NCBI GenBank assembly: GCA_963767285.1
Contig: CAVYDJ010000003.1
Span: 365,049 to 429,048, forward strand
Reading direction: 5' to 3'
Length of the DNA stretch: 64,000 bases
From: an uncultured Solirubrobacterales bacterium
GTDB lineage: Bacteria > Actinomycetota > Thermoleophilia > Solirubrobacterales > 70-9
Shown: positions 8,715 through 17,319 of the stretch, piece after piece
How the letters are laid out: every line of letters starts with the position of its first letter
Numbering within the stretch: position 1 is the first letter of the stretch
The notes under the pieces: generated by a model
Told to the model about the DNA's origin: nothing
The model's database searches: none
The model's input: the letters and a program-made list of their open reading frames with translations, nothing else
Program-made: the position numbers and the translations under genes

Positions 8715-9953
8715 GTGATTTCGCGACGGATCGCGGTGGGGATCGCCGTATGGCTGACGCTCGGTGCGGCGACCGCCCAGGCCGACGCCGGCGAGGACGT
8801 CGTCTCCAGCAAGGTGGCGGCGCGCCCCGCGGCCGTGCGCGACTACTGGACGCCGGAGCGGATGCGCATGGCGAGCCCGGCGGACATGGTGGTGGACGCG
8901 GCCGGCGAGCTCGTGCGGGAGGCCGGCCAGCCGCGCGTGGCGACCGACGTCAGCGCGGCCAGTCAGAGCTTCCCCGAGCGGGTTCACGGCAAGGTCTTCT
9001 TCACGATCCCGGCCGGTTCCCAGCCCGGCGATTACGTCTGCTCGGCGACGGCCGTACGCTCGAACAGCCACACGCTCGCCTGGACCGCGGGCCACTGCGT
9101 CAACGACCCCGAGTTCGGGGGCGGCTTCGCCACCAACTGGACCTTCATTCCCGGTTACCTCAACGGCGAGGCGCCGTTCGGCGAGTGGCCGGCAACCGGT
9201 CTGCTGACGACGGCCGCCTGGGGCGAGGAGGCCAACATCCGCCAGGACCTCGGCGCCGCGGTCCTGGCACGCAATGCGGAGGGCCAGGGAGTCCAGGACG
9301 CGGTCGGCGCCCGTCCGATCGACTTCAGGCTGGCGCGCGACCAGCAGTTTGCGGCCTTCGGCTACCCGGCCCAACCGACCCTCTTCAATCCGACGTTCGA
9401 CGGCCAGCGGCTCTACTCGTGCCTCTCGCCCGTGACCGGATCCGACAATCCGCCCGGCGACGGCCCGGAGACGATGCAGATCGACTGCGACATGAGCGGC
9501 GGCTCCAGCGGCGGCGGCTGGGTGACCGCGAACGGCTCCGTCAACGGGCTGACCAGCTACGGCTACGAGCTCGACTTCGACCATCTCTACGGGCCGTACT
9601 TCGGGACCGAGGCGCGGAACCTCTACCACGAGGCCGCCGGTAAGGGGCAACGCTGCGGCGGCTTCGAGGTGACGAACCTCGGCGGCTCCGGACCCGACGA
9701 CTTCAGCGGCGGCGACGGACCCGACGCCTTCAAGGTCAAGGGCGAGGCCGATCGGGCCCGCGGCTTCGCCGGCGACGACATCGCCTGCGGCGGCGACGGT
9801 GACGACAAGCTGAAGGGCGGCGAGGATGCCGACACCCTGCGCGGCAGCGACGGCGACGACGTCCTCAACGGCGGCCCCGGCAACGACCTCTGCATCGGCG
9901 GCCCGGGCCGTGACCGTGGCCCCGGTTGCGAGGACAAGCGCCAGATCCCGTAG
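8715..9953 (+). CDS. Secreted trypsin-like (S1) serine protease with C-terminal Ca-binding GGxGxD repeats
   Basis: Signal peptide ISRRIAVGIAVWLTLGAATAQA. His motif WTAGHCV. Ser motif DCDMSGGSSGGGW. Tail GGSGPDDF...GGDGDDKLKGGEDADTLRGSDGDDVLNGGPGND. Confidence 0.75.
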   Translation: MISRRIAVGIAVWLTLGAATAQADAGEDVVSSKVAARPAAVRDYWTPERMRMASPADMVVDAAGELVREAGQPRVATDVSAASQSFPERVHGKVFFTIPAGSQPGDYVCSATAVRSNSHTLAWTAGHCVNDPEFGGGFATNWTFIPGYLNGEAPFGEWPATGLLTTAAWGEEANIRQDLGAAVLARNAEGQGVQDAVGARPIDFRLARDQQFAAFGYPAQPTLFNPTFDGQRLYSCLSPVTGSDNPPGDGPETMQIDCDMSGGSSGGGWVTANGSVNGLTSYGYELDFDHLYGPYFGTEARNLYHEAAGKGQRCGGFEVTNLGGSGPDDFSGGDGPDAFKVKGEADRARGFAGDDIACGGDGDDKLKGGEDADTLRGSDGDDVLNGGPGNDLCIGGPGRDRGPGCEDKRQIP

Positions 9954-10157
9954 CTCTCGATACCGTCGGCGCCGACGTCTTACCTCCTCGGCGACGGGAC
10001 GATCACGACGCAGAACATCAGGCTCGGCGACAGCCCTGAGATCGCGGCGCCGATCGTCGGCGGGACCGGTGCCTACGAGGGTGCGCTCGGCACGCTCGCG
10101 ATCCCGGACCCCGACTCGCACGAGCACACGCTCGAGCTGCTGTTGCCCGCGGACTAG
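9954..10157 (+). pseudogene. Orphan C-terminal coding fragment (dirigent/allene-oxide-cyclase-barrel-like, GGTGAYEGA motif) with no start codon, in frame behind the protease stop
   Basis: 67 sense codons with coding-type GC3 directly follow TAG 9951-9953 in the same frame: LSIPSAPTSYLLGDGTITTQNIRLGDSPEIAAPIVGGTGAYEGALGTLAIPDPDSHEHTLELLLPAD*. Confidence 0.45.
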
Positions 10158-10444
10158 CCCGCCGCGTCGTCGATCGCAAACCACGCGACGCTCATGTCGA
10201 CCCGGGCGCCCGCGAAGGGCGTTCCCTCTCCCTCGAGCAGCTTGCGCTGCCGATCGCCCTTCGCCAGCGAGCCGTCGGCGCGAACGACCCGCTGCCAGGG
10301 CAACCTCGGGTCGTCGCTGTGCGCGAGCACCGCGCCGGCGAACCGGGGCGCCTCCGGACAGAGGTCCCCATAGGTGGTCACGAAGCCGGGCGGGACCGTC
10401 TTCAGCCGCCGGATCACCTCGTCGGCCCGCGCCGTGGAGGTCAT
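10154..10444 (-). CDS. Alkyltransferase-like (ATL) protein: MGMT DNA-binding domain without the acceptor cysteine
   Basis: VPPGFVTTYGDL...LPWQRVVRADGSL. The canonical PCHRV site reads PWQRV (Cys to Trp), as in ATL proteins. Confidence 0.7.
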   Translation of the reverse strand: MTSTARADEVIRRLKTVPPGFVTTYGDLCPEAPRFAGAVLAHSDDPRLPWQRVVRADGSLAKGDRQRKLLEGEGTPFAGARVDMSVAWFAIDDAAG

Positions 10445-10458
10445 CGCGACCGCCCGCC

Positions 10459-12084
10459 CTAGCCCAGGGTGCTGACCCCGGGGGGAGCGTCCGCCGCCTG
10501 CGCGGCGGCGATGCGCTTGCGGTGGGTGCGGATCTCGCTGAGGATCCGCTCCAGGCGCGGCTCGGTGCTGGAATCGACGTGGGTCATCGCCGCGGCGACC
10601 GCCGGGTGCACCTGCGCGATCCGCTCGTGCATCGCCTGGGCGACGGCGCGATAGGTCGGGTGGCCCTCGCGCCCGGAGCGCAGCTCGCAGAGGTGCATCG
10701 CCTCGCGCGCGTTCAGGTCCAGCACGTAGCGGATCCGGTAGCCGAGGCAGAGCGCGTACGGCGCCGCCTCGACCAGACCCGCGGTCTCCAGCCGTTCGAA
10801 CTCCGCCCGCGATAGCTCCAGCGCCGCCTCGTATTCACTCCCGGCCCCGGCCTCGCGCACCTCGTCGGGGACGCCGGCCCCGAGCTCGGGGCCGAGGCGC
10901 TGCCATTGGCAGGTCAGCATGCGGTGGCGTTGGAGGTCGCGGAAGCCCCCGTAGTCGGAGACGATCTCGAACCGGTAGCGGACCGCCTCCCAGCCGCGCC
11001 CGGGCCGGTGGCGGCGGTTGCGCCGCTCGCCGGCCAGCTCGCCGATCAGCTCGGCGCGCTCGATCGGATCCAGGGTCGCGACGCGGCTGCGGATCTCGGC
11101 CTCCGGCGTCCCGGCCGACTCATAGAGCGAGGCGGCGAGCAGGTCCTCCTCCGAGCCGTCGACATGGACGAGCTCGACCGACGGGGCCCCGTCGCCCTCG
11201 CGGCGGTCGAGGCCGAGCCGGGCAACGGCCCGCTCGGTCGCCTCGCGGCGCTCGCGCAGGTGGGTGACCCAATCGCCGCCGCGGTCGGGCCGGTCGACCC
11301 GGGCGACGAAGCTCGGGATCACCCGCTGCAGCTCCTCCAGCAGCAGCTCGCCGTAGGCGCGCGCCTCCGGCAGAGGCGAGGCCGCCAGTCGCAGCAGCAG
11401 CTGCTCGTAGGCCTGGCCCGACGCGAAGATCCCGACGTGGCTGAGGGTCGCGGCGGGCAACAGGCCGCGCAGCAGGTCGAGCGCCTTCGCCCGGATCGAG
11501 CCGCGCCAGGCGCCCTCCGGCTGCTCGGCGTCACGGGGCCAGCGCTCCGCGGCCCACGCCTGGACGGTCTCGAGGCTGCGCGAGTAGATCCCGAACAACT
11601 CGTCCATCGCCTCCCCGTAGCGGGGGCCGAGGTCGCCGTCGGAGTAGTAGCGGTAGCCGCCGATCCCCTCGATCGGCTGGTCGTAGGGGATGTAGCGGGT
11701 CGACTGCTCGAGGTACGCGGCGAGCCGGCCGCGCTGCAGGACCTTGGTGAGCACGTTGGAGACCCACTCGCAGGCGACGTGGGCGCCGCCGACCTGGGCG
11801 ATCGAGTCGTCGCCGAAGCCGATGAAGACGCGCTCGTAGAGGCCCGCGGCGCGCTGCCCCTCGATCCCGTCGAACGGCCGCTCGCCGGCCGGCACGTCGC
11901 CGGCGAACTCCTCCAGGAACATCCGCCGCAGCGTCCCGGGGTATCGCGAGTAACGCGCGAACATCGCCCCCTTGACGGTCTCCGGCAGGTTGACGAGCCC
12001 GAATACCGGCCGGTCGAGGTTGGTGAAATGCGGCTCCAGGAGCCGGCGCTCCTCGGGACTGAACTCCTCGCTCGGGTACCGCAC
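10459..12084 (-). CDS. Long-form ThyX-family (FAD-dependent thymidylate synthase-like) protein
   Basis: About 540 aa, roughly twice a normal ThyX. C-terminal half has the ThyX signature FRDLQRHRMLT. N-terminal half is ThyX-like but degenerate (AMFARYSRYPGTLRRMF). Start GTG 12084 is provisional; the ORF extension to 12522 overlaps the divergent gene. Confidence 0.65.
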   Translation of the reverse strand: MRYPSEEFSPEERRLLEPHFTNLDRPVFGLVNLPETVKGAMFARYSRYPGTLRRMFLEEFAGDVPAGERPFDGIEGQRAAGLYERVFIGFGDDSIAQVGGAHVACEWVSNVLTKVLQRGRLAAYLEQSTRYIPYDQPIEGIGGYRYYSDGDLGPRYGEAMDELFGIYSRSLETVQAWAAERWPRDAEQPEGAWRGSIRAKALDLLRGLLPAATLSHVGIFASGQAYEQLLLRLAASPLPEARAYGELLLEELQRVIPSFVARVDRPDRGGDWVTHLRERREATERAVARLGLDRREGDGAPSVELVHVDGSEEDLLAASLYESAGTPEAEIRSRVATLDPIERAELIGELAGERRNRRHRPGRGWEAVRYRFEIVSDYGGFRDLQRHRMLTCQWQRLGPELGAGVPDEVREAGAGSEYEAALELSRAEFERLETAGLVEAAPYALCLGYRIRYVLDLNAREAMHLCELRSGREGHPTYRAVAQAMHERIAQVHPAVAAAMTHVDSSTEPRLERILSEIRTHRKRIAAAQAADAPPGVSTLG

Positions 12085-12220
12085 GCGGGCGATCGTAGTG
12101 ATTGCTCCGGCGGGGCCGAAGCTGGCCGAATGTACCTCCCCACACCCCGTCGGCGAGGAGTAGTGTTTTTGGTCGGGTAGCGGGCAATATGGGGCCGGAC
12201 CAGAATCTCGGCACCGGGGG

Positions 12221-13438
12221 TTGGGAGTGAATGGGAGTGTCAAGCGGTTGATCGTTGATCGCCCAGGGGATCGTGGACTCGAGGTTCGCGACCGCAATGC
12301 GGCGGTCGCCGGGGTGCTCTGCGCGGGCGCCTCGCTGTGCACGCTGGCCAGCTCGCTGGCACTCGAGGCGGCGCCGGCGCTGACCGCGATCGGCCTGGCC
12401 GCCTTCGGCCTGCTCCTCTCGTTCCTCTGCTTCGTCGTCCCGTGGAGCCGGGTCGCCCCGGCGCTCAACGAGCTCGCGCCTGCCGCCGCGACGATCGCGA
12501 TCGCGACGGCGACCACGACCATCGATCCGACTTATGGCTTCTACCTCGTCCTCGTCGCGGGCTTCGTCGGCTATGCGTTCCGCCGGCCGGGCGTGATCGG
12601 CGGGCACCTGGCGCTGATCGGGCTGGCGCTGATCGCGCCGATCCTGCTCGAGCCCGAGGGGACGCGCAAGGCGATTGCCTGCGCATTGATCTTCGGTCCC
12701 GGCGTGTTCGCCGTCACCGCGCTGGCCATCTCCGCGCGGCGCAGCACCGACGCGCGCGACCTCGCCTACCGCGAGTTCGCGACCGACGCGCTCGCGCTCG
12801 CGTCCAGGATCCGCGCCCGGGTGGGTCCGGGCGCGGCCGGACCGGTGAGCGCGCCGGAGTGGCTCGAGCGCCCGGCGCCGGCGATCCCGCTTCGAAACGT
12901 CGGGATCGCCAGGGTCGTCAGGGCCGATGTGACGGCCGCGAGCTCCGTCGTGCGGCTTCGCCACCGGCTGCCGATGACCGCGGTCGCGGTCACGGCGTCG
13001 GTGATCGCGGTGGTCGCGACGACGACGGCGCTGGTCCGCGACGGGGCCGAGCGGCGGACCGGAGGCGACCGCTCTCCAGCGCTCGTCCGCGACCCAGAGC
13101 CGCGCCAGCCGATCGCGAGTTCGACCCGAGCGGATTCGGATCGGCGACGACGCGATCGCGACGGGGCGGCGTCCGCCGCGGCGTCCGCGCCGGCCGCGGG
13201 CACCCCGGCCCCCGAGGCCGGCGAGTCCGGCGGTGGCGGCGGCCCGCAGCCGACCTCGCCGTCGCCCTCCCCGGCCCCTGAGCCGCCGGTCCAGGTCCGC
13301 CCGCCGTCCGGCGAGCCACAGCCGCAGTCGTCCACGCCGACCCCGGTTCAGCAGCAGACGCCGGCCGCGCCGATCCAAAGCCCGATCGAGCTCGCGCAGC
13401 AGACGGTCGCGCCGGTCGTTCCCGAGCTCAAGCCCTGA
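12221..13438 (+). CDS. Hypothetical multi-pass membrane protein with a Pro/Ala/Ser-rich disordered C-terminus
   Basis: 5-6 hydrophobic helices in the first 170 aa, then low complexity (PAPEAGESGGGGGPQPTSPSPSPAPEPP). Start uncertain (TTG 12221 or GTG 12227). Confidence 0.55.
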   Translation: MGVNGSVKRLIVDRPGDRGLEVRDRNAAVAGVLCAGASLCTLASSLALEAAPALTAIGLAAFGLLLSFLCFVVPWSRVAPALNELAPAAATIAIATATTTIDPTYGFYLVLVAGFVGYAFRRPGVIGGHLALIGLALIAPILLEPEGTRKAIACALIFGPGVFAVTALAISARRSTDARDLAYREFATDALALASRIRARVGPGAAGPVSAPEWLERPAPAIPLRNVGIARVVRADVTAASSVVRLRHRLPMTAVAVTASVIAVVATTTALVRDGAERRTGGDRSPALVRDPEPRQPIASSTRADSDRRRRDRDGAASAAASAPAAGTPAPEAGESGGGGGPQPTSPSPSPAPEPPVQVRPPSGEPQPQSSTPTPVQQQTPAAPIQSPIELAQQTVAPVVPELKP

Positions 13439-13461
13439 ACAAGGGCGAAGCGGACGCGTCG

Positions 13462-13484
13462 ACCTAAAGGGGGTCTGACCCCCT
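13462..13484. terminator. GC hairpin between convergent genes; copy 1 of a shared palindromic element
   Basis: ACCTAAAGGGGGTCTGACCCCCT. Stem AGGGGG/CCCCCT with loop TCTGA, lying between stops at 13438 (+) and 13491 (-). Confidence 0.55.
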
Positions 13485-13490
13485 CTCGAG

Positions 13491-13847
13491 TCAGCTCGAG
13501 GGCGGCGCAGCCGCCATCAGCTCGACCCGGTGGCCGCCCGGTGAGATCGCGAACGCCCGCCGCGCCCCCCACAGCTCTCGCGTCTCGGTGATCTCGTGAC
13601 CGGCCGCGGCGACGCGGTCGAGCGCATCCTGGAAGTCGTCGACGACGACGGCGGCATGCCCGAGGACGGGGACGCTGGCCTCCTCGGTGTGGATCAGGTG
13701 GATCTGCGTGCCGCCGCGCTCGAGCCACGTGACGTACCCGCCGAGCCCCTCCGGCGAGTCGACGCGGTCGAACCCGAGCAGGCTCCAGAACCCGACCGCG
13801 GCCTCGGCCTGGGCGGGCGCGATCTCGATCGAGACGTGCTGGAGCAC
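13491..13847 (-). CDS. VOC/glyoxalase family protein
   Basis: MLQHVSIEI...FWSLLGF...HAAVVVDD...ISPGGHRVELM, the typical vicinal-oxygen-chelate fold pattern. Confidence 0.75.
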   Translation of the reverse strand: MLQHVSIEIAPAQAEAAVGFWSLLGFDRVDSPEGLGGYVTWLERGGTQIHLIHTEEASVPVLGHAAVVVDDFQDALDRVAAAGHEITETRELWGARRAFAISPGGHRVELMAAAPPSS

Positions 13848-13852
13848 GGGCC

Positions 13853-14263
13853 TCAGGCCAGGCCGGCGGCCCGGCGGGCCTCGTCCCAGTCGGCGAAGGC
13901 GTCGATCCTGACGACCTCGTCACCCCGGAACGTCGCGAGGTGGGCGTACGCGGTGGTGACCTCGTCGCCGGACTCGCGCTCGGTGCCGTGAAAGGTGATC
14001 AGCGCGAGCACCCGGCCATCGCTCGCCTCCTCGAGCGCCTCGACCTCGAGCTGGAACAGCGCCCACGGCTCCTCGATGAAGGTGGTCCAGAACTCGACCA
14101 TGCCCTCGCGTCCGTGATAGACGGACTCGATCCCGGGGAAGATCTGCGCGGTGTTGAACTCCAGCTCCGGCGCGGCCTGCTCGAGGATCCAGACCAGATC
14201 GCGCCGGTTCCACGCCTCCAGCGCCTCGCGGTAGCGCTCGACGTTGTCGCTTGGCTCGCTCAT
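13853..14263 (-). CDS. SnoaL-like / NTF2-fold protein
   Basis: YREALEAWNRRD...EFNTAQ...HGREGMVEFW pattern typical of SnoaL-like polyketide-cyclase-fold proteins. Confidence 0.6.
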   Translation of the reverse strand: MSEPSDNVERYREALEAWNRRDLVWILEQAAPELEFNTAQIFPGIESVYHGREGMVEFWTTFIEEPWALFQLEVEALEEASDGRVLALITFHGTERESGDEVTTAYAHLATFRGDEVVRIDAFADWDEARRAAGLA

Positions 14264-14292
14264 GTCTCAATCACTATCACGACGCCGGTCGC

Positions 14293-15826
14293 TCAGCCGA
14301 GCAGGCTGCCGATCGCGTCGCCCGCCGCGTTCGCCCAGTCGACCAGCGGCGAGGGGATGATCCCGAAGAAGACCGTCGCCGCGGTGACCAGCAGGGTCAG
14401 GCCGAGGATCACCTTGCAGCGGGCGCCGGTCACCTCGGCGTCAGCCTCCTGCGAGCCGCCCGCGATCGCCGGAGCTGGGGCACCGGCCGCGGGTTCGGCG
14501 CCCGGGCGCATCCAGACGGCCGCGATCACCCGCAGGTAGTAGGCGAGCGAGATCATCGTCCCGATCGCGATCATCACGCCGAGCCAGGTGTAGTCGGCGG
14601 CGACCGCGGCCTCGATCAGATACAGCTTGCCGATGAAGCCAACCGTGCCCGGGGAGACCGGCGAGCGCCAGCATCGAGACGGTCAGCGCGGTCGCCAGGA
14701 AGGGCCGTTCGGCGCCCAGTCCCTGGACCGAGCGGATGTCGTCGCCGAACGCCGTCTCGCGCTCGCGGATCGTGATCACCGCGAACGCCCCCAGGTTCAT
14801 CAGCGCGTAGGCCGCGAGATAGAAGACCAGCGCATTCACGCCCGCCTCGCTGGCCGCGACCACGGCGACCATCATGTAGCCGGCCTGGGCGACGCTCGAG
14901 TAGCCGAGCAGGCGCTTGAGCGAGTTCTGACCCAGCGCGCCGGCGTTGCCGACCACGATCGAGACCGCCGCCAGCGCCGCCAGCGCCGGCCGCCAGTCAT
15001 CGGCCGCGGCGCCGAGCGCCACCTCGAAGAAGCGGACCAGGACGCAGAACACGGCGGCCTTGGTCGCCACCGACATGAACGCCGTCACCGGGGTCGGCGC
15101 GCCCTGATAGACGTCGGGCGTCCACTGGTGGAAGGGGGCGATCGAGAGCTTGAACGCGAGACCGGTGGCGGCCAGCGCGATCCCGATCAGCAGCAGCGGG
15201 TCGTCGACCACCGAGGTGCCGACCGCGGCGCGGATCCCCGAGAAGTCGGTCGACCCGGTCGCCCCGTAGACGAAGGCGAGCCCGTAGAGCAGCGTCGCCG
15301 AGCCCAGAGAGCCGATGATCAGGTACTTCAGCCCCGACTCGAGCGACTCCTTGCGCCGCAGCGCGGCGCCGCAGAGGACGTATAGCGGGATCGAGAGCAG
15401 TTCGAGGGCGACGAAGAACGCGACCAGGTTCTGGGCCTGGGTGATCATCGTCATCCCGAGCACCGAGCAGAGCAGCAGCGCCTGGAACTCGCCGTGGCCG
15501 CTCGGCCCCAGCGGCCGGTCGAAGGCCTGCTCGCGCCACGACAGCGGGATGCAGAAGGCAGCGGCGCCGATGCAGATCAGGCTGGTCGTGATCGCCAGGT
15601 CGTCGAGCCGCAGGGCGCCGGCGATCAGGTCCTTGTGGGCGCCCCACTGGGCGATCAGCAGCCCGGCGGTGACGCCGAGGGTGGCGAAGCCGACGATCGA
15701 GACGACGATCCGCTGCTGCTTCCGGCTGCCGAACAGGCCCGCGACGAGCGCCAGCACGGTCCCGGCGGTCAGCGCGATGATCGGCGAGATGCCCGCGTAG
15801 TTGATGTCGGGAGCGTTGAACTCCAT
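14293..15826 (-). pseudogene. nuoN: NADH-quinone oxidoreductase subunit N, interrupted by an apparent 1-nt insertion (+1 frameshift) at 14648-14654
   Basis: ORF 14441..15826 is NuoN up to ...MLALAGLPG, then turns into Arg-rich nonsense. The conserved continuation TVGFIGKLYLIEAAVAADYTWLGVMIAIGTMISLAYYLRV runs in the frame of ORF 14293..14577. Total length is 1534 nt (3n+1). Confidence 0.85.
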
Positions 15827-17319
15827 CAGCGCTCCGCCTCGGCCAGAACCTGTGATTCGCCGGTGGCCGCCTCGACCGCCGCCTCGACCGACTTCTCGCC
15901 CCGCTCCAGGATCAGGCCCGGATAGAACGCCAGGGCCACGATGATCGCCACCAGCGGCGCAAGGACGATCCCGTCGCGGACCCCGATCTCACGCGACTCG
16001 GCGCCCTCGGGGAGGCGGTTGTGCATCGCCCGCTGGTACATCCTCAGGCTGTAGAAGGCGGCGAGCGCGATCCCGATCGAGGCGACGAAGGCGAGGACGA
16101 TCTTCGACTGGAAGACGCCGTTGAGGATGTAGAACTCGCCGATGAAGTTGGCCGAGCCGGGGATCGCCAGGTTCGCCATCGCGATGACCAGGAACAGCGC
16201 CGCCAGGAAGGGCGCCCGCATCGCCTGGCCGCCCATCCGCGTCAGGTCCTCCGTCTTGAAGCGGTCGTAGAGGATCGCGATCACCATGAAAACGCCGGCG
16301 ACGACCAGGCCGTGGTTGACCATCTGCAGGACGGCGCCGTCGGCTCCGTCGGCGCGCAGGCTGAAGATCCCGATCGTGATGAAGCCGAGCTGCGCGATCG
16401 ACGAGTAGCCCGCGATCAGGCGGACGTTGGTCTGCGTGAACGCCATCACCGAGCCGTAGAGGATCGAGGCCAGCGCGACCAGCATGATCAGCTCCTGGAA
16501 CTCGGTGGTCGCCTCGGGGAAGAGCGGCAGCGCGACGCGCAAGAAGCCGTAGGCGCCGACCTTCGACAGGACTGCCGAGAGCAGGATCAGGACCGGCAGG
16601 GGAGCCGCCCGGTAGGCGTCGGGCATCCAGCCGTGGATCGGGAAGGCCGGCATCTTGACCAGGAAGGCCGCGGCGAAGAAGCAGAAGATCCACTCCTGGC
16701 TGCCGCTCGACAGCAGGTGCTGCGAGAGCACCGGGATCGAGAAGCTGAGCTCGCCGACCGAGTCCGACGCGAGGACCGCGGTCGCGATCGCGCCGACCAG
16801 CATCAGCAGCGAGCCGACGAGCGTGTAGACGATCATCTTCGTCGTCGCCGCGATCCGGTTCTCGCCGCCGAAGGTCCCGATCAGGAAGAAGAACGGGATC
16901 AGCATCAGGTCGAAGAAGAGGACGAACAGCAGCAGGTCCTGGGCGAGGAACGCGCCCAGCGCGGCGGTCCCGGCGAGGCCGACGAGGAAGTAGTAGAGCT
17001 TCTCGCGCTCGTCGCCCGGCTCGCCGCGAAGCGCCGACCAGAGCGTCACCGCAAACCAGAGCGCCGCCGTCAGCAGAACCAGGAAGACGCTGATCCCGTC
17101 GACGCCGAGGAAGTAGCGGACCCCGAGGTCGGGGATCCAGGACTCGTCGATCACGTGCTGCAGGCCGGCGGCATCGGGGTCGAAGTCGGCGACCAGCCCG
17201 ATCGCCAGCCCGAGCGTCACGAGGGCGCCGAGAACGGCCACCCAGCGCGCCGCCACCCGCGGCAGGAGCAGGATCAGAACTCCGGTGATCAGCGGCGTCC
17301 ACAGCAGCACGCTGAGCAT
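15826..17319 (-). CDS. nuoM: NADH-quinone oxidoreductase subunit M
   Basis: Starts MLSVLLWTPLITGVLILLLP at ATG 17319, overlapping the nuoL stop (TGATG). Antiporter-like 14-TM protein. Its stop overlaps the nuoN ATG (TGATG). Confidence 0.9.
   Translation of the reverse strand: MLSVLLWTPLITGVLILLLPRVAARWVAVLGALVTLGLAIGLVADFDPDAAGLQHVIDESWIPDLGVRYFLGVDGISVFLVLLTAALWFAVTLWSALRGEPGDEREKLYYFLVGLAGTAALGAFLAQDLLLFVLFFDLMLIPFFFLIGTFGGENRIAATTKMIVYTLVGSLLMLVGAIATAVLASDSVGELSFSIPVLSQHLLSSGSQEWIFCFFAAAFLVKMPAFPIHGWMPDAYRAAPLPVLILLSAVLSKVGAYGFLRVALPLFPEATTEFQELIMLVALASILYGSVMAFTQTNVRLIAGYSSIAQLGFITIGIFSLRADGADGAVLQMVNHGLVVAGVFMVIAILYDRFKTEDLTRMGGQAMRAPFLAALFLVIAMANLAIPGSANFIGEFYILNGVFQSKIVLAFVASIGIALAAFYSLRMYQRAMHNRLPEGAESREIGVRDGIVLAPLVAIIVALAFYPGLILERGEKSVEAAVEAATGESQVLAEAER

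Noticed and set aside
8601-10184. 527-aa minus-strand ORF. Similar long overlapping ORFs: 883..2037(-), 1829..3334(+), 11531..13378(-), 26105..27703(+), 30117..31502(-) upstream part, 42061..43032(-)
   Set aside because: All are antisense or out of frame to genes with recognisable domains. All are Arg/Pro/Gly-rich and lack motifs. They are high-GC frame artefacts.
14640-14660. Programmed ribosomal frameshifting as the explanation for the nuoN break
   Set aside because: There is no known precedent for nuoN, no recognisable slippery heptamer or stimulatory stop/SD context, and the site is a C/G homopolymer junction typical of indel errors. It is kept only as a remote possibility.
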